The notes under the pieces were generated by a model. It saw only the letters and a list, made by a program, of their open reading frames with translations, was not told the DNA's origin and did not search any database. Both the position numbers and the translations under genes were made by a program. Source: Nitrosopumilus sp. (GTDB lineage: Archaea > Thermoproteota > Nitrososphaeria > Nitrososphaerales > Nitrosopumilaceae). Taken from it: 64,000 bases of DNA. Below are positions 54,155 to 64,000 of the stretch, one piece after another (positions within the stretch are counted from its first letter, which is position 1; the number at the start of each line of letters is the position of its first letter). The stretch is from assembly GCA_965238275.1 (NCBI GenBank), contig OZ250186.1, forward strand, positions 1,408,001-1,472,000, written 5' to 3'.

Positions 54155-55356
54155 CTAATTTACCAGATAGCCCACAAGTCGGTTGCCCATCTCTTTTTCA
54201 AGGATTATCGTTATCGCCGCCTTTAGATCCTCTGGTGACTCAAAGTACCTGCCTGCCAGTCGTCTCTTGAGATCCCTCCAGACGTTTTCAATCTGGTTAA
54301 GCTGCGGCGTGCGGGGCGGGAGAAATTCCAGCTTTACGTCACCGCCGGTGCCGGCCACGTATTCTCTGACCTTGTGCGACTTGTGGTACGACGCGTTGTC
54401 CAGAACCATGTAGAATTTCGGGTGGTTCCTGCGGACATCCTCGAGGAACTCCTTGAACGTCTCAGAGTTTGCAGAATCTGCCATGCGGACGTAGAGGGTA
54501 TCTGTGCCCATGATGCCAAGCAGGCTGACGGCCTTTTTCGAGAACCCGGTCTGGATCTCGTCGCGTCCTCCCGTGGGCCTCCACCCGTAGCCCGGTTCCT
54601 GCGACATGCCGACTGCGGCCTCGTCTTCGACGAACACGGCGTACCCTTCATTGGCCAGATCCCTTGCCCTCTTGCCGGCCGCTGCCTTGAACTCTTCTTG
54701 CTCGCTTTTGGAGGCTGACTTGGGCGGAACCGGCCTTGCCTTTCGGTAGGAGAACCCGATCCTTTTGAGCATCCTTCGCAGCGTGCGCTCCTTGCAGTCC
54801 ATTCCAAACTTCCGCCGGATCATCTCCAGCACCAAGTTGAGCTGCCAGGAGCCGGACTCGAATCCGTACTTTTTTGGCTCGTTGTTCAGCCACGCTCGAA
54901 TTGTCTTGGAAAAAGACTTGGGCATCTTGCTTTTCCTGCCTCTGCGCATTCGGTTGAACCTGGCCCTCAATCCCCGCTCCTGCATCCGCACCAGCCAGTC
55001 GCGCACGGTGGAATACGGCATGACAAGCTTCCTGCAGATCTCCCTGATGCTGTGGCTCTGCTTTCTCATGATGCACGCAAGCATCCTGAGCTTGGCCAGA
55101 ACGTTCTTCTCTTTTGCGCACATCCGCACCAGCTTCTTTTCGCTCACGTTCGGCATGAACAGGGATCCGGCCTCGAGCCTCTTTTGTCCGGATGCCAGTC
55201 CGGTTGCGGGAACGGTCCTTGCGCGACGGCCGGGGTCGGCGACGCCTTGTTTTTCTTCGGCAACAGTCATCATAAGCGCATATGAACATACCTATGATCT
55301 GAATGTATGCCCCGAGGCATTCAGTCCAACCGGACACAGCACTGACGGGCAAATTA
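54155..55356 (-). mobile_element. IS630-family element with intact transposase (55273-54155)
   Basis: HTH domains, FVEDE, LDNASYH, PQLNQIENVW; imperfect TAATTT(A/G)CC IRs, stop codon overlapping the terminal TA. Confidence 0.92.
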
Positions 55357-55545
55357 TTTCATGAGGCTCGGTAGTTTTCGGAATTATTGACCGAGGGTGA
55401 TCGGATTGTTTTGGCCCCTACTAGGCATCATTAATTCAAAAATCTCATCAGCAGACACCATGCAGTGGCACTCAACATTTCTCATTTATTTTTTATTTAT
55501 TTGTATATTTCAAACATTGGCGCGATTTAACTCTGAATGGTTCTT

Positions 55546-56775
55546 TCACTTTTCAACCGATTTTGGCGGACTTTCCTTAAATGACCTTTTGACTAAAACG
55601 GGCGTAATTATGATCGTTGCCAAAATCACAAAAATGACCGTGGAGTAAATTTCTTCTGAAAGGATTTCAAACGCCAGCCCAATCCCGGCTACGATGAATG
55701 CCACTTCCCCCCTCGCCACCATGCCATACCCGATTCTGAACCCGCTCTTTCTGCTTTTCAGTAACAGGGATGCGGGAATGCCACATCCCAAAACCTTTGA
55801 GAATACTGCCACGCAAAGAATTACCCCGAACAAGACCCAGTTTATTGATGAGATTTGTGTTATGTCTACGTGGGTTCCGATTATGACAAAGAACAACGGC
55901 GCGACAATCACTTTGAGCTTGCCTATAAATTCGCGTATTTGGAGCACCATCTTTGATCCTGCCAGTCCCATTCCCGCTGCAAATGCCCCTACAATCGGAT
56001 TCAGGCCAAGGCCTGAGGCGATTGCGGCCAATCCGAATGCGGATCCCAGGGCAACCCCCTGCCTGATTCCTCTTCCCTCCAGTGTTGTCGGATGGGTCTG
56101 CCCCAATCCATGGACGATTTTTGGCAGAACATACACTGCGCCAAGCAGCATCAAAAACCAAAACCCTATCTGGACAATGGTTGTAATTGCTACCGACTCG
56201 ATTGTTGGAACTATTTCCAGCGTGACCAGCGAAATCACTGCCGAAAGAATTGCAAGACCTATGACGTCGTCTAGCACTGCGGCGTTTATCAAAATGTTTC
56301 CTTCTGTTGTTTTTTCCTTGCCCAATTCCTCCAGAATTATGACCGACACGGCTATGCTTGTGGCCCCGAATGTTGCCCCTATCAGTATCGCGGCAGTCCA
56401 ATCCAACCCCATCCAGACCATCACAAGATATATGGTTCCAAGTGGTACGATGACCCCGCACAGTCCGACTATTGCAGCCTTTGGACCCGCCTTGATGAGA
56501 TCACGGAATGTAAAATGCAGTCCTGCAGAAAATAAAATTATGATTCCGGAAATCTGCCATAACGCAAGCATTACCTCGTTTAGTTCCACTATGGGCTTTC
56601 CAAAAATTGGGACTATTCCTCCTATTGCGGATGGTCCCAGAGCAATTCCTGCAATCACGAATCCGATTATTTCTGGTATTTTAAAATGGGAGCAAACTCT
56701 TCCAAGCAGTAACGCGGGAATGACTAAAAATAAAACGCCTATGATTGTCGGAATTACGTCAAACTCGGTAACCAA
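55546..56775 (-). CDS. CPA2 cation/proton antiporter
   Basis: About 12 TM segments, ATSIAV, AAVLDD, GMVARGEV. Confidence 0.92.
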   Translation of the reverse strand: MVTEFDVIPTIIGVLFLVIPALLLGRVCSHFKIPEIIGFVIAGIALGPSAIGGIVPIFGKPIVELNEVMLALWQISGIIILFSAGLHFTFRDLIKAGPKAAIVGLCGVIVPLGTIYLVMVWMGLDWTAAILIGATFGATSIAVSVIILEELGKEKTTEGNILINAAVLDDVIGLAILSAVISLVTLEIVPTIESVAITTIVQIGFWFLMLLGAVYVLPKIVHGLGQTHPTTLEGRGIRQGVALGSAFGLAAIASGLGLNPIVGAFAAGMGLAGSKMVLQIREFIGKLKVIVAPLFFVIIGTHVDITQISSINWVLFGVILCVAVFSKVLGCGIPASLLLKSRKSGFRIGYGMVARGEVAFIVAGIGLAFEILSEEIYSTVIFVILATIIITPVLVKRSFKESPPKSVEK

Positions 56776-56947
56776 TGAGGATACACCTCAAAGAAATTAA
56801 AAAAACCTTTAGATCGTTCAAAACAGGCATGCTGTATGAAAAGCGGTCCCTTCCCCGCTGAGGGGCAGGACTGCCGGGCGGCAGGACCGGCCTGACGCCG
56901 AATGAAAACAAGGGCGTGTGGCCAATGCCGGCGTGTTCCAGCAGGTG

Positions 56948-56980
56948 GCAGCAGCAGCAGCAGCAACAACAACAACAACA
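56948..56980. repeat. (GCA)n(ACA)n microsatellite
   Basis: gcagcagcagcagcagcaacaacaacaacaaca, intergenic. Confidence 0.85.
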
Positions 56981-57273
56981 TACGGGAATCCGGCAAGTAC
57001 GCCTGGTGGGGAAACCAAGCGAATCAAAGACAGGGCGGATACTTTCGGAAAAGGCCGAGAGATTCGCCAACGCATACGTCTCCCAAGCCACGGGGGCATC
57101 GCCGCAGCGGGTACGGTATCTGTGGTCTTGGCGCGGAACCAAGAACGCACCGGCGTAACCTGCCAGATGCGCGTGGGCAGGCCCGCAAGCGGTTCCTCCT
57201 TGCCGTCACCCTGATGTTCTTTAGATTCATCCTGTGAGAAAGAATTAAGAGAGGCGCCCCTGCTCCGTTAGAA

Positions 57274-58089
57274 ATGGACTGGGGACTGGAGAATCGGCTA
57301 TCATCCATCATAAGGCCGCCACACAACCGCGCCCTCATGCTGGCAGTGGATCACGGATACTTTCTTGGCCCCACCGAGAGGCTGGAGAACCCAAGGAAGG
57401 TAATCGCCCCGCTGCTCAAGTACTGCGACTCTTTGATGCTGACGCGAGGCGTTCAGCGGACATCGGTTCCGCCTGCCACCCGCACCCCCATGGTGCTCAG
57501 GGTATCTGGCGGCTCCAGCATAATAGGCGATGATCTGTCCCAGGAGGACATCACCGTATCCATCCAGGACGCCATCCGGCTCAATGCCAGCGCGCTTGCA
57601 ATGTCCATATTTGTGGGTTCAAAGTACGAGTATCAGACGATAGTAAACCTTGGAAAACTTGTGGGACAGGCACAGGAATATGGACTTCCCGTGCTTGCAG
57701 TTACGGCAGTGGGAAAAGAACTTGGAAAGGACGCCCGGTATCTCTCCCTTGCGTGCAGGATTGCAGCCGAGCAGGGCGCACACGTTGTCAAGACGTACTA
57801 TTGTGAAGACTTTGAAAAGGTAGTCAACTCGTGCCCGGTTCCAATCATAGTTGCAGGCGGAAAGAAGATTCCCGAACGCGACGCGTTGGAACTGACATAC
57901 AACTCTATCCAGGGCGGCGCAGTCGGGGTGGACATGGGCAGAAACATCTGGCAGTCAGATCACCCAGTCTCCATGATTCGTGCGGTAAGAAGCATCGTCC
58001 ACGGCAACTCCGATGTGGAACACGCCTACGAGCTGTACCAGAATCTGGTCACAGCAGAATCCGAAAAGGCAAAGGATTCCGGCAAATAG
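57274..58089 (+). CDS. lsrF: LsrF/DhnA-type class I aldolase/thiolase
   Basis: MDWGLENRL, AVDHGYFLGP, VVKTYY, AGGKK, GVDMGRNIWQ. Confidence 0.85.
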   Translation: MDWGLENRLSSIIRPPHNRALMLAVDHGYFLGPTERLENPRKVIAPLLKYCDSLMLTRGVQRTSVPPATRTPMVLRVSGGSSIIGDDLSQEDITVSIQDAIRLNASALAMSIFVGSKYEYQTIVNLGKLVGQAQEYGLPVLAVTAVGKELGKDARYLSLACRIAAEQGAHVVKTYYCEDFEKVVNSCPVPIIVAGGKKIPERDALELTYNSIQGGAVGVDMGRNIWQSDHPVSMIRAVRSIVHGNSDVEHAYELYQNLVTAESEKAKDSGK

Positions 58090-58093
58090 ATTT

Positions 58094-58492
58094 CTATATC
58101 CTTGACAGGTGTATGTGTGCAATCTTCCACGTGGGCTGCCTCACCAGTACAAATGTGGCCCTGCCATTAATCACCACGTGCTCTCCCGTGTACGCCTTGT
58201 TGTCAACCAGCATCCCTTTCTGGACCAACTCAATTGCAACCACTGCAGCGTCCCCGAATATGCTGATCTTGGGTTTTTTGATCTCGTACTGGTAGTCTGA
58301 TATGCTCACAAACCTCAGCTCCTCAAGCTCTATGGTGGTCTGGTAGTCCTTGAGGTCGTACGGCGGCAGGTCGCTAAAGCTTGAAAACCTGGAATCATCA
58401 AGATGAATTTCCCTGAGCGGGGTGACGTCCTTTGTGATTCCAGCCTGAAACAGGGTCTCAATAACGTTGATGATATCCTCACTATCTGACAA
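58094..58492 (-). CDS. NTF2-like/SnoaL (DUF4440) protein
   Basis: GDAAVV...RATFVLV..WKIAHIHLS; TTG at 58492 taken as start. Confidence 0.8.
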   Translation of the reverse strand: MSDSEDIINVIETLFQAGITKDVTPLREIHLDDSRFSSFSDLPPYDLKDYQTTIELEELRFVSISDYQYEIKKPKISIFGDAAVVAIELVQKGMLVDNKAYTGEHVVINGRATFVLVRQPTWKIAHIHLSRI

Positions 58493-58714
58493 AACAGCCA
58501 ACTGTACTGATGCGGGCAACCAGTTAAGTCTTCTGCGGTGTGTCATCTCTGGTCTGGCCTCATCTCATCCAAGGAAAAACGGGATCAAACCATCATGATC
58601 AGTTAATCTTATAAACAATTATACAATTTGATATGTCATGACAGTTCCAGTACTACTTGACGTTCTTCTGCTGGATCTGCTGAACTGATTCCTCAGTCCT
58701 AACACATTAAAATT

Positions 58715-60427
58715 ATGGCGATTGGTTTGATGAATAAAATGGAAAAAATGATTGGTGCAAAGGCCCTGATGGTGGCAATGGAGCGCGAGGGAGTCAAGCA
58801 AGTCTTTGGACTCCCGGGCGGCGCAAACCTTCCAATGTATGACGAGTTTGCCCGATGCGACATAAGGCACATTCTGGTAAGACACGAGCAGTCTGCAGCC
58901 CACATGGCCGACGGCTTTGGGCGTGTCAGCAGAAAGCCCGGCGTGTGCTTTGCAACATCAGGCCCCGGGGCGACAAACATACTGACTGGCATCGCAACGG
59001 CACAGGCCGATTCTGCCCCGATGGTGGCAGTTACAGGGCAGGTGCCTGTGGCCATGATAGGAAGGGACGCATTCCAGGAGAGTGACATCATTGGCATGGC
59101 AAATCCCGTAATCAAGTACGCCTTCCAGCCAAGAACCGCAGCCGAGATTCCGGATGCCGTGGCAAAGGGCTTCTTTATTGCAGAGACGGGACGGCCCGGA
59201 CCCGTCCTGATTGACATTCCAAAGGACGTCCAGCAAGGCGAGGCCGAGATGGTGTTTCCAAACGAGTTTGGAATCCAGGGGTATCACCCGTGGACTGATC
59301 CTGACATCGTAAACGTGGAAAAGGCAATCGATGTAATACTCCACTCCGAAAAACCGGTAATCCTTGCCGGGGGAGGGACGGTCATATCGTCTGCATTTGC
59401 CGAACTGCAGGCAGTGGCAGAGGCCCTCATGCTGCCCGTGGTGACCACGTTCAAGGGCAAGGGCGCGTTTCCTGAAAACCACCCCCTCTCGCTGGGCCCG
59501 ATAGGAATGCACGGACATGCAGAGGCGAACCGAATAATGACCGAGGCTGACTGCGTGCTGGCGGTGGGAACCCGGTTCTCTGACCGCTCCGTTGGAACCT
59601 TTGCGGCCTTTGAGAAGCGGCTCAAGATTATCCACATCGACGTTGACCCCTCAGAGATCGGCAAGAACCAGACCGCCCATGTGGCCGTGGTGGGAGACGT
59701 TCGGGCCTCGCTTAGAATCATGGTAAAACTGCTGCTCCAAAGGGCAATCAGACAGACCGAGGAGTCCCCGTGGATAAAACATGTCAAGGAGACAAAGGCC
59801 TACTGGAAGGAGAACCTCAAGATTCATCCAGGCGAGATGGGGGCAGCCAAGATTCTGCGCAAGCTGCGCCAGCTCCTGCCGCCTGAGTCCATAATTACCA
59901 CCGAGGTGGGCCAGCACCAGATGTGGGCATCGCTGTTCTATGACGTGATCCAGCCTGGAACATTCTTCAGTTCCACCGGCCTTGGCACCATGGGCTGGGG
60001 ATTCCCTGCCGCAATCGGTGCCAAGGTGGCAAGGCCGGATGTCCCGGTGGTGGACATTGCAGGGGACGGAAGCTTTAGCATGACTGAAAACTCCCTTGCG
60101 ACTGCAGTCCTTGAGGACATTCCGGTGATAGTATTCATAATGAACAACTTTACGCTGGGGATGGTGGCCCAGTGGCAGAGGACGTTTTACAACCGGAGGA
60201 TGATAGGGGTGGACCAGGGCCGGTGCCCGGACTATGTCAAGCTTGCCGAATCCTACGGGGCCCAGGGAATCCGGGCACAGTCCATGGACGAACTGGACCG
60301 AGCAGTCCGAACCGCGCTGGGCAGCGACGTTGCAACCGTAATAGACATTCCAATTGATCCCGAAGAAGACGTCTTGCCGTTTGTGGCCCCGGGAACCCCG
60401 CTTACGGAGATGATACTCCCGTCATAG
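58715..60427 (+). CDS. ilvB: acetolactate synthase large subunit
   Basis: RHEQSAAH, TSGPGATN, VGQHQMW, GDGSF..N TPP motif. Confidence 0.96.
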   Translation: MAIGLMNKMEKMIGAKALMVAMEREGVKQVFGLPGGANLPMYDEFARCDIRHILVRHEQSAAHMADGFGRVSRKPGVCFATSGPGATNILTGIATAQADSAPMVAVTGQVPVAMIGRDAFQESDIIGMANPVIKYAFQPRTAAEIPDAVAKGFFIAETGRPGPVLIDIPKDVQQGEAEMVFPNEFGIQGYHPWTDPDIVNVEKAIDVILHSEKPVILAGGGTVISSAFAELQAVAEALMLPVVTTFKGKGAFPENHPLSLGPIGMHGHAEANRIMTEADCVLAVGTRFSDRSVGTFAAFEKRLKIIHIDVDPSEIGKNQTAHVAVVGDVRASLRIMVKLLLQRAIRQTEESPWIKHVKETKAYWKENLKIHPGEMGAAKILRKLRQLLPPESIITTEVGQHQMWASLFYDVIQPGTFFSSTGLGTMGWGFPAAIGAKVARPDVPVVDIAGDGSFSMTENSLATAVLEDIPVIVFIMNNFTLGMVAQWQRTFYNRRMIGVDQGRCPDYVKLAESYGAQGIRAQSMDELDRAVRTALGSDVATVIDIPIDPEEDVLPFVAPGTPLTEMILPS

Positions 60428-60430
60428 TGA

Positions 60431-60919
60431 TTGATCATGTGGGCAATTCTATCGATACTAGTTGAAAACAAGCCGGGAATCCTCTTCAAGGTGACCCACC
60501 TGTTCCGTTCCAGAAACTTCAACATCGACAGCATCTCTGTCGGGGTTACTGAGAATCCGGACTACTCCAGGATGACTATCACCACGGACGGTGATGCGCG
60601 CCGGATAGACCAGATAGTAAAGCAGCTTGACAAGATGATCGACACCGTAAAGGTGGTTCATCTCGACGAGCACAAGATCGTATACCGGGAGCTGTGCATC
60701 TTTAGGATAAAGCTTGCCAGTGCCGGCCAGAGCATGGAGGTAAACAAGATTGCAAACGCCTACGGCGGCAGGGTGCACGATGCAAGGGAGGACTCGATCA
60801 TGGTGGAACTTACCGCCACGCCCGCACAGATTCGTGCCTTTGAGGAGCTTGTAAAGCCCTTTGGCATAGCCGGCATTGCAAGGACCGGCGTTGCTGCCCT
60901 GGAGCGAAGCGGGGTATGA
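60431..60919 (+). CDS. ilvH: acetolactate synthase small subunit
   Basis: ACT domain ENKPGIL..FNIDSISV, ARTG. Confidence 0.93.
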   Translation: MIMWAILSILVENKPGILFKVTHLFRSRNFNIDSISVGVTENPDYSRMTITTDGDARRIDQIVKQLDKMIDTVKVVHLDEHKIVYRELCIFRIKLASAGQSMEVNKIANAYGGRVHDAREDSIMVELTATPAQIRAFEELVKPFGIAGIARTGVAALERSGV

Positions 60920-62427
60920 GGGTCAGAATATTTGACACCACGCTGCGGGACGGGGAGCAGACACCCGGAATATCACTGACGCCAGAAAACAAGCTCGCCA
61001 TTGCAAGAAGGCTTGACGAACTGGGAGTGGATGCAATCGAGGCGGGTTTTCCGGTAATATCCGAAGGCGAGATGGCCGGGGTTCAACTGATTACGGGCGC
61101 CGGGCTGTCCTGTGAGATTGCAGGACTTGCGCGGACCCGCAGGGAGGACATTGATGCTGCAGTGGACGGCGGCCTGGAGTACATCCATGCCTTCATTGCG
61201 ACATCTGACATCCACCTCAAGTACAAGCTCAAGATGACTCGGGAGCAGGTCCTTGAAAAGGCAGTCGATGCAGTGGAGTATGGAAAGTCGCGCGGCCTTC
61301 AAGTGGAGTTTTCAGCAGAGGACGCCACAAGGACTGACAGGGAGTTTCTCAAAAAGGTGTTTGGCGATGTTGCAGGGGCGGGTGCTGACAGGATTGACAT
61401 TCCGGACACCGTGGGGTACTCTACGCCAGAATACATGGCCGCAATTACCCGGGATGCGATAGATGCCACCGGCCTTCCGGTAAGCGTCCACTGCCACAAT
61501 GATTTTGGGCTGGCAGTGGCAAACGCGCTGTCCGGGATTCGCGCAGGGGCCTCGTGCGCGCATGTCACCATAAACGGAATCGGCGAGCGTGCGGGGAATG
61601 CGTCCCTGGAGGAGTTCTCCATGGCGCTGCAGTGCCTGCCGTTTGATCAAAAGTACGAGACCGGCATAAAGTCCGAACTGATCTATGATACGTCACGGTA
61701 CGTCTCGAGGCTTGTGGGGATCCAGGTGCAGCCAAACAAGGCAATTGTGGGCGACAACGCCTTTGGGCACGAGTCCGGCATCCACACCCATGGAATACTC
61801 AACAACCCGCTGACATATGAGCCGATCAGCCCCGAACTGGTAGGACGGAAGCGATGGCTCCAGGTGGGAAAGCATGCAGGCATTCACGGGATGAATGCAA
61901 TACTTGAAGAATACGGGCTCAAACCGACTGGCAAGCAGTCACAGCAGATTCTGGAGAGGGTCAAGACGCTTGGCGACCAGGGAAAACAGGTCACAGACGT
62001 CGAGCTGCTCTCGATTGCAGGCGAGATTCTGGAAGGGGAAGGAATCAGGAGGATCGTGCAGCTGGCAGGATTCTCAGTATCCACGGGAATAGGCGCAATG
62101 CCGTACGCGTTTGTAAAACTCAACATCGACGGCAAGGAGTTTGTCAGTACCGACCACGGCGTGGGGCCGGTGGATGCTGCCCTCAAGGCGATCCAAAAGA
62201 TTACCGGAAAGGTATCTGAGATTAAAATCAAAAACTACAACCTGGCATCGATCTCCGGCGGCTCCTCTGCACTCTGCGAGGTAACCATAACAGTAGAGGA
62301 CGTGCACGGGAACACGGTCTCCTCAAAGTCCGTCGGCGAGGACATCGTCACTACCAGCGTGCAGGCAGTAGTTGACGGCATTAACCGCATCATGCTCAAA
62401 AAGATGATGATGCAGGAAAAAGACTAA
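60916..62427 (+). CDS. leuA: 2-isopropylmalate synthase (or citramalate synthase)
   Basis: DTTLRDGEQ, HCHNDFG, GERAGN, HESGIH, GVGPVDA regulatory domain. Confidence 0.88.
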   Translation: MRVRIFDTTLRDGEQTPGISLTPENKLAIARRLDELGVDAIEAGFPVISEGEMAGVQLITGAGLSCEIAGLARTRREDIDAAVDGGLEYIHAFIATSDIHLKYKLKMTREQVLEKAVDAVEYGKSRGLQVEFSAEDATRTDREFLKKVFGDVAGAGADRIDIPDTVGYSTPEYMAAITRDAIDATGLPVSVHCHNDFGLAVANALSGIRAGASCAHVTINGIGERAGNASLEEFSMALQCLPFDQKYETGIKSELIYDTSRYVSRLVGIQVQPNKAIVGDNAFGHESGIHTHGILNNPLTYEPISPELVGRKRWLQVGKHAGIHGMNAILEEYGLKPTGKQSQQILERVKTLGDQGKQVTDVELLSIAGEILEGEGIRRIVQLAGFSVSTGIGAMPYAFVKLNIDGKEFVSTDHGVGPVDAALKAIQKITGKVSEIKIKNYNLASISGGSSALCEVTITVEDVHGNTVSSKSVGEDIVTTSVQAVVDGINRIMLKKMMMQEKD

Positions 62428-62459
62428 ATCCTAAAATCCCCCCGTTCCGGTGTGATACC

Positions 62460-63479
62460 ATGTATAGCCTCTCGCTGATTACAGGTGACGGTGTGGGCCC
62501 GGAGCTCTCCGAGTCCGCAGTGTCGGTGCTTGATGCGATTAGCAACAACGACGGGACGGGCCCAAAGTTTGAGATTACACCACTGCCTGCAGGCGATGGC
62601 GCGCTTGCCGATACCGGCAGGGCGCTTCCAGATGACACCGTATCCCACATAAAAAAATCCGACGCCTGCCTAAAGGCGCCCGTGGGGGAGAGTGCCGCAG
62701 ACGTGATAGTGGTGCTGAGGAGGATGCTTGACCTTTACGCCAACATCAGGCCCGCAAAGTCATACCCGGGCATGCCTGCACTGCGCGACGACATAGACAT
62801 GGTGATAGTCCGGGAGAACACCGAGGATCTCTACACCGGAAAGGAGTTTGATTTGGGGGGGTCTGCTGTGGCATTGAGAATAATATCCGAGAAGGCGTCT
62901 AAAAGGATTGCAAGGCATGCATTTGAGACTGCCAGGCAACGGAATGGCAAAAAAAAGGTGACATGCGTCCACAAGTCAAACGTGATGAGGGTCACTGACG
63001 GGCTGTTTGCAGGCGCGTGTGCCGATGTCTCCAAGGACTACCCTGACGTCTCCTTTGAGGAGATGTACGTTGATGCGTGCGCCATGAACCTGATCCGCCA
63101 ACCCCAGGAGTTTGACGTGATAGTCACCACGAATCTGTTCGGGGACATCCTGTCTGACGAGTCATCGCAGGTGGTGGGGGGGCTGGGAATGGCCCCTGCT
63201 GCCAACATAGGCGACTCCTTTGCGCTCTTTGAGCCGGTCCACGGGGCCGCATTTGACATTGCAGGCAGGAACATAGTGAATCCGTCCTCGTTTTTGCTCT
63301 CAATTAGGATGATGCTGGACTGGCTCGGCTCAAGGCACAGCGATCCGGCATGCATCAGTGCCGGCGCAAAACTGGAATCTGCAATATTTGACCTTGTAAA
63401 GTCGGGTGCGGCGACTAGGGACATCGGGGGGGACATGACCACCTCGGAATTTACAGAACAGGTTGTAAAATCCCTCTGA
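62460..63479 (+). CDS. leuB: 3-isopropylmalate dehydrogenase
   Basis: GDGVGPE, RENTE, HKSNV, NLFGDILSD, EPVHG; operon context. Confidence 0.88.
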   Translation: MYSLSLITGDGVGPELSESAVSVLDAISNNDGTGPKFEITPLPAGDGALADTGRALPDDTVSHIKKSDACLKAPVGESAADVIVVLRRMLDLYANIRPAKSYPGMPALRDDIDMVIVRENTEDLYTGKEFDLGGSAVALRIISEKASKRIARHAFETARQRNGKKKVTCVHKSNVMRVTDGLFAGACADVSKDYPDVSFEEMYVDACAMNLIRQPQEFDVIVTTNLFGDILSDESSQVVGGLGMAPAANIGDSFALFEPVHGAAFDIAGRNIVNPSSFLLSIRMMLDWLGSRHSDPACISAGAKLESAIFDLVKSGAATRDIGGDMTTSEFTEQVVKSL

Positions 63480-64000
63480 CGCTGTGTGTGTATGTATGGG
63501 CCAGCTCCGTGCATTTCGGGTATAGTCGTACCGTGAAGGTTCATGCCGGATCCGATCGTGAATGCGGTATCTGGCACTGCCATGTGCCCATGATTGCATC
63601 CCTGCATGATCCTGTCTGGGCCATGACTCCGCCGGTTCCGGCTCCGCTTTGTGGCCCAACTTGGTTTGCGGCCCTGCCATTTGACGCGGTTACATCACCA
63701 ATGTCCGTGTCCTAGGGCTGCGCTGCTGATTGGGACGCGCCTCTGGGTTCTGTTAACTTAGCGTTTGGTAATTCTTCGTGTTAACGGCTCTGTTCAAATA
63801 TGGTGATCTCGTTTTAGAACAGTTAATTCTGCAAGCTCTCGATAAGATCAACAAATCTCACTTTTGAACGGCAAATCCCACAGCTCACCATATTTGAAGA
63901 GCCCTCATGGAATGCTCTGCTTACCAGCAATGTAATTCGCTGAGAACAGTCAAATTTTTATGATCATATTTGGTGTAAGAAATATGTGGGGTTTCTGGAA

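Noticed and set aside
55694-56800. 368-aa plus-strand ORF
   Set aside because: Antisense shadow of the antiporter
56800-57270. ncRNA or poly-Gln/Cys ORFs upstream of lsrF
   Set aside because: The ORFs arise from a microsatellite and no known RNA structure was recognisable
63746-64000. Transposase fragment at the window end
   Set aside because: Only the GGTTCTGTTA motif and an AT shift are visible; the minus-strand frames contain stops and no clear DDE motif is seen

Overview
Archaeal DNA, almost certainly an ammonia-oxidising thaumarchaeon (Nitrosopumilaceae-like gene set: CdvB/CdvC, PEFG-CTERM protein, F420-type oxidoreductases, TrmB). The GC-rich coding, many IS elements, microsatellites and a giant DUF285/BspA surface protein suggest a host-associated (for example sponge) lineage, which is inference. 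Core genes are tRNA-Thr, uvrBAC, gltA, cdvB-like/cdvC, carAB, atpF, an lsrF-like aldolase and ilvB-ilvH-leuA-leuB. Accessory material includes a 1656-aa repeat surface protein, a frameshifted RelE-like toxin facing a wHTH gene, IS5 and IS630 elements, and an island of about 13 kb with cyanase (cynS), an FNT-family transporter, a ClC protein, a ParB-like gene and Lrp. The strongest finding is in carB, which is interrupted by a 21-nt stop-containing insert (47415-47435). The insert folds into a bulge-helix-bulge/loop motif whose canonical EndA cut sites exactly restore GEAGE|FDYSG, so it is a probable spliced archaeal mRNA intron. carA and carB also appear to use non-canonical start codons.
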